Below are positions 39,721 to 49,768 of a stretch of DNA of 63,520 bases, one piece after another. Both the position numbers and the translations under genes were made by a program. The notes beneath the pieces are model-generated. The model did not search any database and was not told the origin of the DNA. It saw nothing but the letters and a program-made list of their open reading frames with translations. Source of the stretch: a virus (Duplodnaviria; Caudoviricetes); IMG/VR virus record IMGVR_UViG_3300008954_000051, positions 1 through 63,520 of that record; one strand, given 5' to 3'. Every line of letters begins with the position of its first letter. The first letter of the stretch is position 1.

Positions 39721-40068
39721 ATGGCTAGAACGATAAATTTAATTGTGGATCAAGGAACAGATTGGTCGGCTAATTTGGTGGCTAGAACTTTGGATGATTC
39801 TTCTGTATTAAATCTTGCAGCATATACCAAAGGTCAAGCCCAAATTAGAAAAGCATATACATCGACCGCCCATACTGCAAATATTGTTGTAGATATACAT
39901 CAAGCCAATACATCAGGCCTCGTAATTTTATCTTTGCCGAATGCAACTACTTCAGATATTGTGGCTGGACGATACCTATATGATGTTGAAATAGTAGATA
40001 GCAGTAGTAAAATATTTCGTATATTTGAAGGGTTTGTTGATGTTCAGCCAGAAATCACAAAATATTAG
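39721..40068 (+). CDS. Conserved small virion protein preceding gp13
   Basis: NLIVDQG, AQIRK, AGRYLYDVEI, RIFEG...V.PEIT motifs. Confidence 0.7.
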   Translation: MARTINLIVDQGTDWSANLVARTLDDSSVLNLAAYTKGQAQIRKAYTSTAHTANIVVDIHQANTSGLVILSLPNATTSDIVAGRYLYDVEIVDSSSKIFRIFEGFVDVQPEITKY

Positions 40069-40081
40069 ATAAGGTATAAAA

Positions 40082-41083
40082 ATGGCAAGTCCTACTACAA
40101 GAGCAGAATTGTCTAACTGGTGTCTTAGAAAATTAGGATCGCCAGTAATAGATATTAATGTAGATGAAGATCAAGTTTCGGATCGTATTGATGAGGCGTT
40201 CCAATGGTATTATGATTATCATTATGATGCTGTGGAGAAGGTATATGAAAAGTTTGAGATAAATTATTCGATACTAAAATTTGCTGATTCTATGACTACG
40301 TTTATGGATGGCATTGTAGCCGACACTAAAATTCCTATGGATGCTCCCCCTGGTTTTGAAGATACAGCAAATCTTACTGGGCTAACAGTTGTTGACATTC
40401 ATCCAACCAATCCTAATTGGATATATATCAAGTGGGATAAAGATACTGCTATACCTAGAACTGGAAATTGGTTGAATAATGCTGGGGTACTTTCACCCGC
40501 AATTTCTGGATTTTCTTCAGGTTCATTGGATACTCAATATGTAGAAATTCCTGACAATATTATAGGGATCACTAGAATATACAAACCAACTACAAGCAGT
40601 ATTGGTATGTGGGACATTAGATACCAAATGCGGTTGAGTGATTTAACCACTTTTGGATCATATACGGGAGGGTATCAATTACTTTCTTATGAAATGAGAA
40701 TGAAAAACATAGCTTTGATCGAAGAGCTTCTTACTGGAGAAATACCTATTCGGTATAATCGTCATTTAAACAAACTGTTCATTGATTGGGATTGGCCAAA
40801 TGATGCGATTCGGGGAGAGTTTATTATCATAGAGGCTTCCAAAATTATAGATCCGAACACTTATTCAGACACTTATAATGATCGGTGGTTAAAAGAATTT
40901 GCTACTGCTTTAATTAAAGAACAATGGGGAATTAATTTATCTAAGTTTGATGGTGTGCAACTTCCTGGCGGAGTTACTTTAAATGGTCGAACTATATTGG
41001 AAGACGCAAAGGCCGAAATCGACAAGCTTAAAGAGGAGTTGTCTCTTCGTTACGAGCTTCCTGTCGATTTTATGATGGCGTAA
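40082..41083 (+). CDS. gp13: Neck protein gp13
   Basis: LRKLGSPVIDINVDEDQ, YNDRWLK..ATALIK.QWG.NLSKF.GVQLPGGVTLNG. Confidence 0.95.
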   Translation: MASPTTRAELSNWCLRKLGSPVIDINVDEDQVSDRIDEAFQWYYDYHYDAVEKVYEKFEINYSILKFADSMTTFMDGIVADTKIPMDAPPGFEDTANLTGLTVVDIHPTNPNWIYIKWDKDTAIPRTGNWLNNAGVLSPAISGFSSGSLDTQYVEIPDNIIGITRIYKPTTSSIGMWDIRYQMRLSDLTTFGSYTGGYQLLSYEMRMKNIALIEELLTGEIPIRYNRHLNKLFIDWDWPNDAIRGEFIIIEASKIIDPNTYSDTYNDRWLKEFATALIKEQWGINLSKFDGVQLPGGVTLNGRTILEDAKAEIDKLKEELSLRYELPVDFMMA

Positions 41084-41102
41084 CTGTTGGAAGGAATAAA
41101 AA

Positions 41103-41783
41103 ATGCCTACCAATGTTTATGTTAATAATTTTTCAAATCAGAATGAACAGAGTCTGATTGAAGATTTAATAATAGAGTCTATAAAATTTTATGGTACTGA
41201 TATATACTGGTTGCCTCGGACTCTTGTGGAACAGGATGCGGTGTATGGAGAGGATAGATTGTCCCGGTTCAATTCAGCAATTGGATTTGAAGTGTACATC
41301 AAAAATGTAGAGGGTTTTGAGGGTGAGGGCGATTTTCTTTCTAGATTTGGTTTAGAGATTCGTGATCAAATTACATTCACCACAAGCATACGTCGGTTTC
41401 GACAGGTGGCGGGTCCTAGGGACTACAGTACAGATAAGATACGACCTAATGAGGGGGATTTAATTTGGTTTCCATTGGCTAGAGAAGGAACGGGCCATAT
41501 GTTTGAAATTAAATTTGTGGAGCATGAGGCGATGTTTTATCCTTTAGGAACACTTCCTGTTTATGATCTTAGATGCGAATCTTTTGTTTATAGTAATGAG
41601 GTTATTGCTACCGGAATTAAAGACATAGATCATCTATATAATATAACAGCACAAGATTACTTAGTTCCAGAGGGAACAACCACTACAGAACTTCCTTCTG
41701 GTCCTGGAGATGATAATGTGGATATTCAAAATGAAGCAAATACTATTTTAGACACATCGTCAAATCCATTTGGAGACTTTTAA
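41103..41783 (+). CDS. gp14: Neck protein gp14
   Basis: EQSLIEDLIIESIKFYG, YWLPR, GFEGEGDFLSRFGLEIRD, RPNEGDLI, NPFG. Confidence 0.95.
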   Translation: MPTNVYVNNFSNQNEQSLIEDLIIESIKFYGTDIYWLPRTLVEQDAVYGEDRLSRFNSAIGFEVYIKNVEGFEGEGDFLSRFGLEIRDQITFTTSIRRFRQVAGPRDYSTDKIRPNEGDLIWFPLAREGTGHMFEIKFVEHEAMFYPLGTLPVYDLRCESFVYSNEVIATGIKDIDHLYNITAQDYLVPEGTTTTELPSGPGDDNVDIQNEANTILDTSSNPFGDF

Positions 41784-41785
41784 TT

Positions 41786-42973
41786 ATGTTAGGAACCACT
41801 TTTTCACATGGCATCATTAGGTCATATGTTGTGGCTTTTGGTACTTTATTTAACAATATCTCCATCAATAGACCGAGTGATACTTTTGGTATGAGTCAGA
41901 ATGTAAGGGTTCCAATTTCATATGGACCTAAAGAGCGATGGATGGTTCGATTGACTCAGGACCCAAATTTAGATCGTGATGTGTCTATAACACTTCCCCG
42001 AATATCTTATGAACTCATGTCAACAGTATATGCTCCAGATCGAAAACTCAACACTATGCAAAAAGTGACTTTACCTTCATTGGTAGACTCTGGCAAGGCG
42101 ATGTCTGGATTTTCAGCGGTTCCATATGATTTTGCGTTTACACTTAGCATAATGGCAAGAACTAATGCGGACGCTTCTGCTATAGTTGAACAAATTTTAC
42201 CATATTTTACCCCAGAGTTTACTCTCACAATAAAAAATATGACGGCCGTGGGTGTAGATGTTGATGCCCCAATTATATTGAATAGTATAAATAAAGAGGA
42301 TATGTGGGAAGGATCTTTTGATGAAAGAAGAGCGATTATTTGGACGCTAGATTTTACTCTGAAGGGGCTATTTTATGGTCCTATTAAAGAATCTAAGATC
42401 ATTAAAAGAGCATATGTCGATTTCTTTAATGCAACATCATCGAGTTTGCTAACCGGAAATGTTAATTCTATAGGAACTGGCCTCACATTACAACAATTTC
42501 AATTACCAAAGAAAATAGCATCCCCTATTGATAACATATATCAAGGAGGTAAGGTTACTATTTTGGCCGGACCCGGTTCAGGAGATGTGAGAAATATTGT
42601 AAGCTATGATGGAACCAATCGTCTTGTTACAGTAAGTACAAATTTTTCAGAAACCCCCAACACACTATCATCATTTAGTTTAGAGTATCTTCCTCCATTG
42701 GCTCCTGCATCTGCTTTTACCGAAGCAGAAATTGCAGGGAGTAAAATTGTAGCTAGGGTTACTGTTGAACCTGGAGTAGATGCCACAAACTTTCTACCCA
42801 CGACAGATAGGACCGCAACATTGGCCCTGGAGGACATCTCAGCTAATATGGAATATGGTTATGTTACTACCATACAAAGTGCAAATTCAACAGGAGGAAT
42901 ATCTCCAATTGATTTGGGATTTATAGATCCTTTTGGGAACTTTGGTAGTGGAGAGGTAGGGGGAGGAATGTGA
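41786..42973 (+). CDS. gp15: Tail sheath stabiliser/terminator gp15 with insertion
   Basis: VVAFGTLFNNI, VPISYGPKE, TLPRISYE, IVEQILPYFTP, RRAIIWTLDFTLKG. Confidence 0.93.
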   Translation: MLGTTFSHGIIRSYVVAFGTLFNNISINRPSDTFGMSQNVRVPISYGPKERWMVRLTQDPNLDRDVSITLPRISYELMSTVYAPDRKLNTMQKVTLPSLVDSGKAMSGFSAVPYDFAFTLSIMARTNADASAIVEQILPYFTPEFTLTIKNMTAVGVDVDAPIILNSINKEDMWEGSFDERRAIIWTLDFTLKGLFYGPIKESKIIKRAYVDFFNATSSSLLTGNVNSIGTGLTLQQFQLPKKIASPIDNIYQGGKVTILAGPGSGDVRNIVSYDGTNRLVTVSTNFSETPNTLSSFSLEYLPPLAPASAFTEAEIAGSKIVARVTVEPGVDATNFLPTTDRTATLALEDISANMEYGYVTTIQSANSTGGISPIDLGFIDPFGNFGSGEVGGGM

Positions 42974-43413
42974 TGAGTATTGATAATAAAGATGTGATTA
43001 GAGAAATAATAGACGACACTATGGCTCCATTGAAAACTGTTGCCTCAGAAATTAAAAATATGGAACCTGATTCTAATGCTGTTATTGACGCTAATAATAA
43101 AAATGATGATACTGATGTTGATTATAACTTCATTAGGGGAAATTTAAAAGAGCTTGTAGATAAAGGCAACGAAGCTTTAGATGGAATTTTAGAGTTGGCT
43201 CAAGAGAGTGAACACCCAAGAGCATATGAAGTGGTCGGCCAATTGATAAAGACTTTGGCGGATGCGAATAAAGACATAATGGATCTCCAAAAAAATGTCA
43301 AGAGTGTTAAGGGAATTTCAGGAAAAGGACCCAATAAAGTTACTAATGCACTTTTTGTGGGAAGCACTCATGATTTACAAAAAATGATAAAGCAAGAGTC
43401 TTCTAAGGATTAA
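42973..43413 (+). CDS. gp16: Terminase small subunit gp16
   Basis: DYNFIRGNL, ESEHPRAYEV, NALFVGST.DLQKM; ATG overlaps the gp15 TGA. Confidence 0.93.
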   Translation: MSIDNKDVIREIIDDTMAPLKTVASEIKNMEPDSNAVIDANNKNDDTDVDYNFIRGNLKELVDKGNEALDGILELAQESEHPRAYEVVGQLIKTLADANKDIMDLQKNVKSVKGISGKGPNKVTNALFVGSTHDLQKMIKQESSKD

Positions 43414-45053
43414 TGGTGTCGAATATTCAGGCTGAAACTAAAACGGGATATTTGGGAAATCCTTTACTTAAAGGGGTGGGGTTAAATGTAGAGTGGACTC
43501 CAGACACCATAGAAGAGTATATTAAATGTTCTAAAGATCCTGTATATTTTGTCCAAAGATATGTTAAAATTGTTCACCTAGATCGAGGATTAGTTCCCTT
43601 TGATTTGTGGCCATTTCAAGAAAATATGGTAAAGACTTTTCATGAGAATAGATTTACTATTGCTAAACTCCCAAGACAGTCTGGAAAAACAACTACAGTC
43701 ATTGCATATTTTTTATGGTTCATTCTTTTTAATGAAGATGTGACAATTGCGATCTTGGCGAATAAGGGTTCTTTGGCAAGAGATATTTTGGGAAGACTTC
43801 AATTAGCGTATGAAAATCTTCCGGGATTTCTTCAACAAGGAATTAAAGTTTGGAATCGAGGCGATATTCATTTAGAGAATGGTTCTAAAGTAATTGCTGC
43901 CTCTACCTCGTCAAGTGCAATTCGTGGTGGTTCTTATAATATGATTCTTTTAGATGAATTTGCATTTGTTCCAAAAAATATTGCCGAAGAGTTTTTTAGT
44001 TCTGTATATCCAACAATATCTTCTGGTGCTTCAACTAAAGTGATTATTGTAAGCACACCTTGTGGTATGAATCATTTTTATAAGTTGTGGACAGATTCTT
44101 GTGAAAATAGAAATCATTATGTTCCAATTGAAGTGCATTGGTCTGAAGTTCCAGGAAGAGATGTGAAGTGGAAACAAGAAACGATTGCCAACACCAGTAA
44201 GGATCAGTTTCGGCAAGAATTTGAATGTGAATTTATAGGATCGGTCAATACTTTAATTACACCTGCGAAGCTGAGAACACTAGCGTATGTATCTCCAATA
44301 GAAGCTCGCAGCGGTCTTGATATATATGAACTCCCCAAAGAGGATCGGATTTATACGATGGTGTGTGATGTTTCTCATGGAGAGGGGTTAGATTATTCTG
44401 CATTCTCTGTTATAGACTCAACCGAATTGCCATACAAACAGGTGGCAAAATATCGTAGTAGTAATATATCCCCATTGTTATATCCTAATATAATAATTGA
44501 TGTTGCCAATAAATATAACGAGGCCTATGTTTTGGTGGAGACCAATGACATAGGGCAGCAAGTGGGCGAAATCTTACATGGAGACCTTGAATATGAGAAC
44601 TTAATGATGCTTTCAACAAGAGGTCGGGCCGGGCAAGTATTGACTGGAGGATTTGGTCCTGGAAAATCTCATGTTGGAATTAGAACGTCTAAAAAGGTAA
44701 AGCAAATTGGGTGTCAGAATCTCAAAAATTTAATCGAAGATGAACAACTTATTGTACAAGATTTTGATACTATTTCAGAGATGACTTCTTTTGTGGCAAA
44801 AGGAACATCATATCAAGCAGAACCTGGATATTATGATGATCTTGTAATGACGCTGGTTCTTTTTAGCTGGGTTGCACTACAGCCATATTTCAAAGAGATG
44901 AATGATGTTGATGTTAGAAAAAGACTATATGATAACAAAATGCAGGTGATAGAAGATGATGTACTGCCCTTTGGGTTTACGGATGATGGGGTAACGATAG
45001 AAGATAAATATGTGGATAATGATGGACAAGTATGGCACGTGGTTGACCCATGA
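43413..45053 (+). CDS. gp17: Terminase large subunit gp17
   Basis: YLGNPLLK, Walker A PRQSGKTT, Walker B LLDEFAF, nuclease DVSHG..DYS and DDLVM; no intein or intron evident. Confidence 0.97.
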   Translation: MVSNIQAETKTGYLGNPLLKGVGLNVEWTPDTIEEYIKCSKDPVYFVQRYVKIVHLDRGLVPFDLWPFQENMVKTFHENRFTIAKLPRQSGKTTTVIAYFLWFILFNEDVTIAILANKGSLARDILGRLQLAYENLPGFLQQGIKVWNRGDIHLENGSKVIAASTSSSAIRGGSYNMILLDEFAFVPKNIAEEFFSSVYPTISSGASTKVIIVSTPCGMNHFYKLWTDSCENRNHYVPIEVHWSEVPGRDVKWKQETIANTSKDQFRQEFECEFIGSVNTLITPAKLRTLAYVSPIEARSGLDIYELPKEDRIYTMVCDVSHGEGLDYSAFSVIDSTELPYKQVAKYRSSNISPLLYPNIIIDVANKYNEAYVLVETNDIGQQVGEILHGDLEYENLMMLSTRGRAGQVLTGGFGPGKSHVGIRTSKKVKQIGCQNLKNLIEDEQLIVQDFDTISEMTSFVAKGTSYQAEPGYYDDLVMTLVLFSWVALQPYFKEMNDVDVRKRLYDNKMQVIEDDVLPFGFTDDGVTIEDKYVDNDGQVWHVVDP

Positions 45054-45075
45054 GTCCTCTCAAGATGTGATTATT

Positions 45076-45083
45076 TATAAATA
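45076..45083 (+). promoter_or_regulatory. T4-type late promoter
   Basis: Exact intergenic TATAAATA before gp18. Confidence 0.85.
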
Positions 45084-45139
45084 TTGTCAGAGTACGCAAT
45101 TTTATGCATATAAATTTTCGATAATCGAGGAGATTTAAG

Positions 45140-47128
45140 ATGGCCACATTTCCAACCGCACCAGGAGTTCATGTTACCGAGAAGGATTTATCTACAATTG
45201 TTCCTGCTGTATCAACTACAGACGGGGCCCTGGTAGGTTACTTCAAGTGGGGCCCTGTTGAAGATATAAAATTAATTAGTAGTCAAGAAGAGTTATCAAA
45301 TGCTTTCGGAAAACCTTATCGAAATGCTAACGGAACCTTTTTTTGGTCTGCATCAAACTTCTTGGATTATAGTAATAGAATTCATGTGATGCGAGTTTCT
45401 GATGGAACTAATGCAACATGGGATGGAACGGCCGCTACTGTACTGAATGATGCCGACTATGTTACTAAATTTGATGCTGGGTCTATTGGAGCTGGATATT
45501 TTGTCGCAAAATATCCGGGAACATTGGGAAATTCTATTCAAGTCTCAATGGTTGATGGTACAGAAGGATTTAATAGTAGGGGTGTGAAAGTAGGTAGTAC
45601 AATATCCCTCTCATCGGGAGACACTACTATTGACTTTTCTAACAAGTACACAGATGATACTATAAACCAAGCCAGGGATGTTTTTACTGTTGGAGATAGT
45701 CTTACGATTGGCGGCCGGGTGGGTTGGGGCCGCAGACGAAGCACCTCTGCACTTTCTGGAGAATTTAAAGTTATAAATGTTGGCGGGCTCGCCGGCGCCG
45801 GGGATGCGAATACCATTACTATTAGCAACCCAATTACCCGAACTCTTACGTCTACTACAGTTTTCAGAAAATGGGAACATTATCATAATTTTGATAATGG
45901 TCCTTCTACATCAAACTTTTGTAAGGCCCGGGGAATAACAGATGATGAACTTCATATTATAGTGTCAGATAAGGATGGAGGAATCTCTGGTGTTCCTGGA
46001 ACAGTATTGGAACGATATATGCACGTTTCAAAGGCATCTGATGCTACAGATTCTGAGGGAGCGACCATTTATTTTAAGGATGTGATTGATGCACAATCTA
46101 AGTATATTAGAGTTTCGCGAAATGAACCCACTACAAACTGGGGCAACAGCACATCAGATTTATCCGGAACCTCATATACTGCATTAAATCCTGGGGTGTT
46201 TAGTAATACGTTTAGTGGAGGCACCGATCACACAGCCACAGAGACTTTGTTAGAAAATGGATGGCAGCTAATGGCAGATGCCGACCAAAAGGATCTTTCT
46301 CTTCTAGTAGGATCTGCTCCTGCTACAAATAATATTAATAGAACTATTGTTGAAGTTGCCGAAGATAGAACTGATTGTGTGGCATTCATTTCACCCCATT
46401 ATTCTGATGTTGTTGGATTGGTAGACCAAGAAGATATTGCACAAAACATCATAGACCATAGAAATGATGGGCTGTTGTCACTAAGCTCATCGTATGGAGT
46501 TATGGATTCTGGATGGAAGTATCAATTTGATAAGTATAATAACATATATCGATGGACACCGTTGAATGCAGATGTGGCGGGGCTTTGTGCAAGAACAGAT
46601 ACTGTTAGAGATGCGTGGTGGTCTCCAGCTGGATTCCAAAGAGGTAATATCAAAAACGTTGTTAAATTGGCTTGGAATCCCTCAGAAGTGTTTAGGGAAG
46701 AACTTTATAAGAATGGAATTAATCCTGTAGTTACCTTCCCAGGACAAGGTACCGTTCTATTTGGTGACAAGACAATGCTTACCCGTCCGAGCGCATTCGA
46801 CAGAATTAATGTTCGCCGTTTATTCATTGTGCTTGAAAAGGCTATTTCAAGAGCCGCGCAGTATTCGTTGTTTGAATTTAATGATGATTTCACTCGCGCA
46901 CAATTTAAAAATATGATCGAACCTTTCTTGAGAGACATCCAAGGAAGACAAGGAATATACGATTTCAGAGTTGTTTGTGATGAAACAAATAATACTGGGC
47001 AAGTTATAGACTTAAATCAATTTGTTGGTGACATTTACATCAAGCCTGCTCGTTCAATCAACTTTATTCAGTTGAATTTTATTGTAGCAAGATCGGGTGT
47101 GGATTTTACAGAAATTACGGGAAGATGA
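45140..47128 (+). CDS. gp18: Tail sheath protein gp18
   Basis: PGV.V.EKDLS, FKWGP, AKYPG.LGN, WWSPAG..RG, FGDKT, FDRINVRRLF, YIKPARSINFI. Confidence 0.97.
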   Translation: MATFPTAPGVHVTEKDLSTIVPAVSTTDGALVGYFKWGPVEDIKLISSQEELSNAFGKPYRNANGTFFWSASNFLDYSNRIHVMRVSDGTNATWDGTAATVLNDADYVTKFDAGSIGAGYFVAKYPGTLGNSIQVSMVDGTEGFNSRGVKVGSTISLSSGDTTIDFSNKYTDDTINQARDVFTVGDSLTIGGRVGWGRRRSTSALSGEFKVINVGGLAGAGDANTITISNPITRTLTSTTVFRKWEHYHNFDNGPSTSNFCKARGITDDELHIIVSDKDGGISGVPGTVLERYMHVSKASDATDSEGATIYFKDVIDAQSKYIRVSRNEPTTNWGNSTSDLSGTSYTALNPGVFSNTFSGGTDHTATETLLENGWQLMADADQKDLSLLVGSAPATNNINRTIVEVAEDRTDCVAFISPHYSDVVGLVDQEDIAQNIIDHRNDGLLSLSSSYGVMDSGWKYQFDKYNNIYRWTPLNADVAGLCARTDTVRDAWWSPAGFQRGNIKNVVKLAWNPSEVFREELYKNGINPVVTFPGQGTVLFGDKTMLTRPSAFDRINVRRLFIVLEKAISRAAQYSLFEFNDDFTRAQFKNMIEPFLRDIQGRQGIYDFRVVCDETNNTGQVIDLNQFVGDIYIKPARSINFIQLNFIVARSGVDFTEITGR

Positions 47129-47136
47129 TATAAATA
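47129..47136 (+). promoter_or_regulatory. T4-type late promoter
   Basis: Exact TATAAATA immediately after the gp18 stop, before gp19. Confidence 0.85.
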
Positions 47137-47157
47137 GTATCATATAGGAGAAAAAGA

Positions 47158-47706
47158 ATGGCCTTTAATGTAAATGATATTAGATCTAGATTAACGGGTG
47201 GTGGCGCTCGGCCTAATCTATTTAAAGTTTCAATGCCCTTTCCGGTTATTGCAGGAGGCGATAATGCAGCAGCCGCTGAAAAATTGACCTTCACTTGCCA
47301 TGGCGCCCAAATTCCTTCTGGGGATATAGGATCAATCGACATTCCATATTTTGGCAGATCTGTTAAGATGCCTGGAAATAGAACCTTTGGTGAATGGAGC
47401 CCTAACATATACAATGATGAAGACTTTATGATTTATGATTCAATACAGGCATGGATGAATGCGTTAAATTCTCATGTGACTAATGTTAGATCACCCAATG
47501 CATTATCATCTGTAGATTACACAACAGCCGCAGATGTTACACATTTTGCAAAAGACGGTTCAGAAATTAAAACTGTTCGATTAATTAATGTGTGGCCATC
47601 ATCATTAGCGGCAATTGATTTAGATTGGGGAACCAATAATCAATTAGAAGAATTTACCTGCACCTTTCAGTATGATTACTGGGAAGCTGTCGGTCTGACA
47701 ACTTAA
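47158..47706 (+). CDS. gp19: Tail tube protein gp19
   Basis: GGARPNLFKV, PYFGR.VK.PGNRTF..W, NDEDF, EEF..TFQYDYW. Confidence 0.96.
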   Translation: MAFNVNDIRSRLTGGGARPNLFKVSMPFPVIAGGDNAAAAEKLTFTCHGAQIPSGDIGSIDIPYFGRSVKMPGNRTFGEWSPNIYNDEDFMIYDSIQAWMNALNSHVTNVRSPNALSSVDYTTAADVTHFAKDGSEIKTVRLINVWPSSLAAIDLDWGTNNQLEEFTCTFQYDYWEAVGLTT

Positions 47707-47784
47707 TATAATAATTTTTTGGTGAAAATATGTTTAGTCGTGTAAGGTTTGATCCTTATACACAACTATAGGGATCATTATAAT

Positions 47785-49302
47785 ATGGCAGTAAAATTAT
47801 TCGGATTTACAATCGGCAGAGAGGATGAACAGGAAGAAAAAAAATTTCAATCGTTCGCCGCTGCGGATATTGATGATGGTGCATTAGAAATTACCCCCAC
47901 CGCAATTGGTGGTGCCTGGGGGGCTTATCTCGATATAGAAGGCACCGCTAAAAATGAATCTGAGCTTGTCAGTAGATATAGGGAGATGGCACTATATCCG
48001 GAGTGTGAATACGCTGTTGATGATATTGTCAACGAAGCCATCATCATGGACGAAAAAAAGCCACCGGTGTCTATTGTTTTAGATAACCTTCAACAACCAG
48101 AATCTATTAAAATTAAGATACAAGAAGAGTTTGACAATATTTGTAGGCTTTTAGATTTTAATGAGATGGGCTATGAAATTTTCCGTAGATGGTATATTGA
48201 TGGTAGATTATTTTATCATGTGATTATTGATGTTGAATCACCCAAAAAAGGTATTCAAGAACTTCGTCCAGTCGATCCTAGAAAAATGAAGCTTGTGCGA
48301 GAAGTTAGAAAGAAGGGTATGGATGGAAACCCTTCTGCGGTGTTGTACGCCAAGCCTAAAGAATATTATATTTACAATGAAAAGGGTGCTGCATCTGGCC
48401 AGGGCACCAATATCAAGATCGCCAAAGATAGTATTTGTTTTGTGCATTCCGGGCTTTTGGATGCAGCAAGAAAAATGATTATTTCTCATCTACACAAGGC
48501 TATTAAGCCTTTCAATCAATTACGAATGCTTGAAGATGCTGTAGTGATTTATCGTATCTCTAGGGCACCTGAGCGCCGTATTTTTTATATTGATGTGGGA
48601 AATTTACCTAAGATAAAAGCCGAGCAATACCTTAAAGATGTTATGACCAAATTCAAAAACAAATTGGTTTATGATGCATCTACAGGTGCAGTTCGTGACG
48701 AGCGCCAGCACCGAACCATGTTAGAAGATTACTGGCTTCCTCGAAAAGAGGGTGGTCGCGGTACTGAAATAACAACCTTGCCTGGCGGACAAAATTTAGG
48801 TGAAATTGAAGATATTGTATATTTTCAACGAAAGCTTTATAAGTCATTAAACGTTCCTGTTTCTAGATTAGAACCAGAGAGTGGATTTAACTTAGGAAGA
48901 TCTGCTGAGATTAGTAGAGATGAGGTGAAGTTTGGTAAGTTTGTGGGAAGGGCCCGGAAAAGGTTCACCCATTTATTTTCAGATCTGTTAAAAACTCAAC
49001 TTCGTCTTAAAGGAGTTATAACCATAGATGATTGGGATGAATTAAAAGAAGGAATACAATTCAGTTTCTTAAAGAATGTTCATTTCGCAGAATTGCAAGA
49101 GGCTGAAGTTTTTAGAAATCGTGTTGAATTGTTGCGTGACATGGAAGAATATAAAGGAACATATTTTTCTGGAGAATGGTTGCGTAAAAATGTCTTACTT
49201 CAGACTGATGCTGATATTGAGATTATAGACAAGCAGATTAAGAGCGAAGGCCTTGATGCAGAATCTGAAATGGGTTCAGAAGAAGGTTTAGACCAAAGGT
49301 GA
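47785..49302 (+). CDS. gp20: Portal protein gp20
   Basis: KLFGF, YREMA..PE, FRRWYIDGR, EDAVVIYRISRAPERRIFYIDVGNLPK, EDYWLPR.EGGRGTEI; ATG 47785 preferred. Confidence 0.97.
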   Translation: MAVKLFGFTIGREDEQEEKKFQSFAAADIDDGALEITPTAIGGAWGAYLDIEGTAKNESELVSRYREMALYPECEYAVDDIVNEAIIMDEKKPPVSIVLDNLQQPESIKIKIQEEFDNICRLLDFNEMGYEIFRRWYIDGRLFYHVIIDVESPKKGIQELRPVDPRKMKLVREVRKKGMDGNPSAVLYAKPKEYYIYNEKGAASGQGTNIKIAKDSICFVHSGLLDAARKMIISHLHKAIKPFNQLRMLEDAVVIYRISRAPERRIFYIDVGNLPKIKAEQYLKDVMTKFKNKLVYDASTGAVRDERQHRTMLEDYWLPRKEGGRGTEITTLPGGQNLGEIEDIVYFQRKLYKSLNVPVSRLEPESGFNLGRSAEISRDEVKFGKFVGRARKRFTHLFSDLLKTQLRLKGVITIDDWDELKEGIQFSFLKNVHFAELQEAEVFRNRVELLRDMEEYKGTYFSGEWLRKNVLLQTDADIEIIDKQIKSEGLDAESEMGSEEGLDQR

Positions 49303-49315
49303 AGTTGAATAATAT

Positions 49316-49323
49316 TATAAATA
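49316..49323 (+). promoter_or_regulatory. T4-type late promoter
   Basis: Exact intergenic TATAAATA. Confidence 0.85.
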
Positions 49324-49351
49324 GAATTACAATACCTAAGAGGAGATAAAG

Positions 49352-49756
49352 ATGTCTGATGATCTTATGAAGCATATTAGAAGAGAAGATCCTGTGGGAT
49401 TTAGATCTGCGGTTCATGATGTCCTAAACTCTAAGGTATTTGACGCATTGGAACTTAAAAAAGTTGAAGCCGCTACTGAGTATTTGGATCAAGAAGAACA
49501 AGAAGAAGTTGTGGAGGGTCGAGCCGAAATCGGCGACGATCATAGAGAAGCACAGCGCAAGGCTATGCATGGTGCGAACGATGGTGCGTTGAAGAGTGGA
49601 ATGATTAATCGTACCGTCCACAGAACGGTACAAAATAACATCACAGCCGGTCATCATGATTCTGATAATCCAAATCGACAGCCGAGAATGGGGCGCCACC
49701 AACACCTAATCCAGCAGGCCCGTCGAGCGGCCCGCCCACCGTCACTAGAAAAATAA
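49352..49756 (+). CDS. Putative prohead core protein (gp67 position) with basic His/Arg tail
   Basis: Directly after portal; L..KV.DALE.KK.E.A helix; AGGAG RBS. Confidence 0.6.
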   Translation: MSDDLMKHIRREDPVGFRSAVHDVLNSKVFDALELKKVEAATEYLDQEEQEEVVEGRAEIGDDHREAQRKAMHGANDGALKSGMINRTVHRTVQNNITAGHHDSDNPNRQPRMGRHQHLIQQARRAARPPSLEK

Positions 49757-49768
49757 GGACTATAACAA

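Noticed and set aside
1-47706. Tailocin, eCIS or T6SS locus (sheath, tube, spike, PAAR, gp25)
   Set aside because: Terminase, portal, protease, capsid, gp55 and recombination genes are contiguous, so this is a phage.
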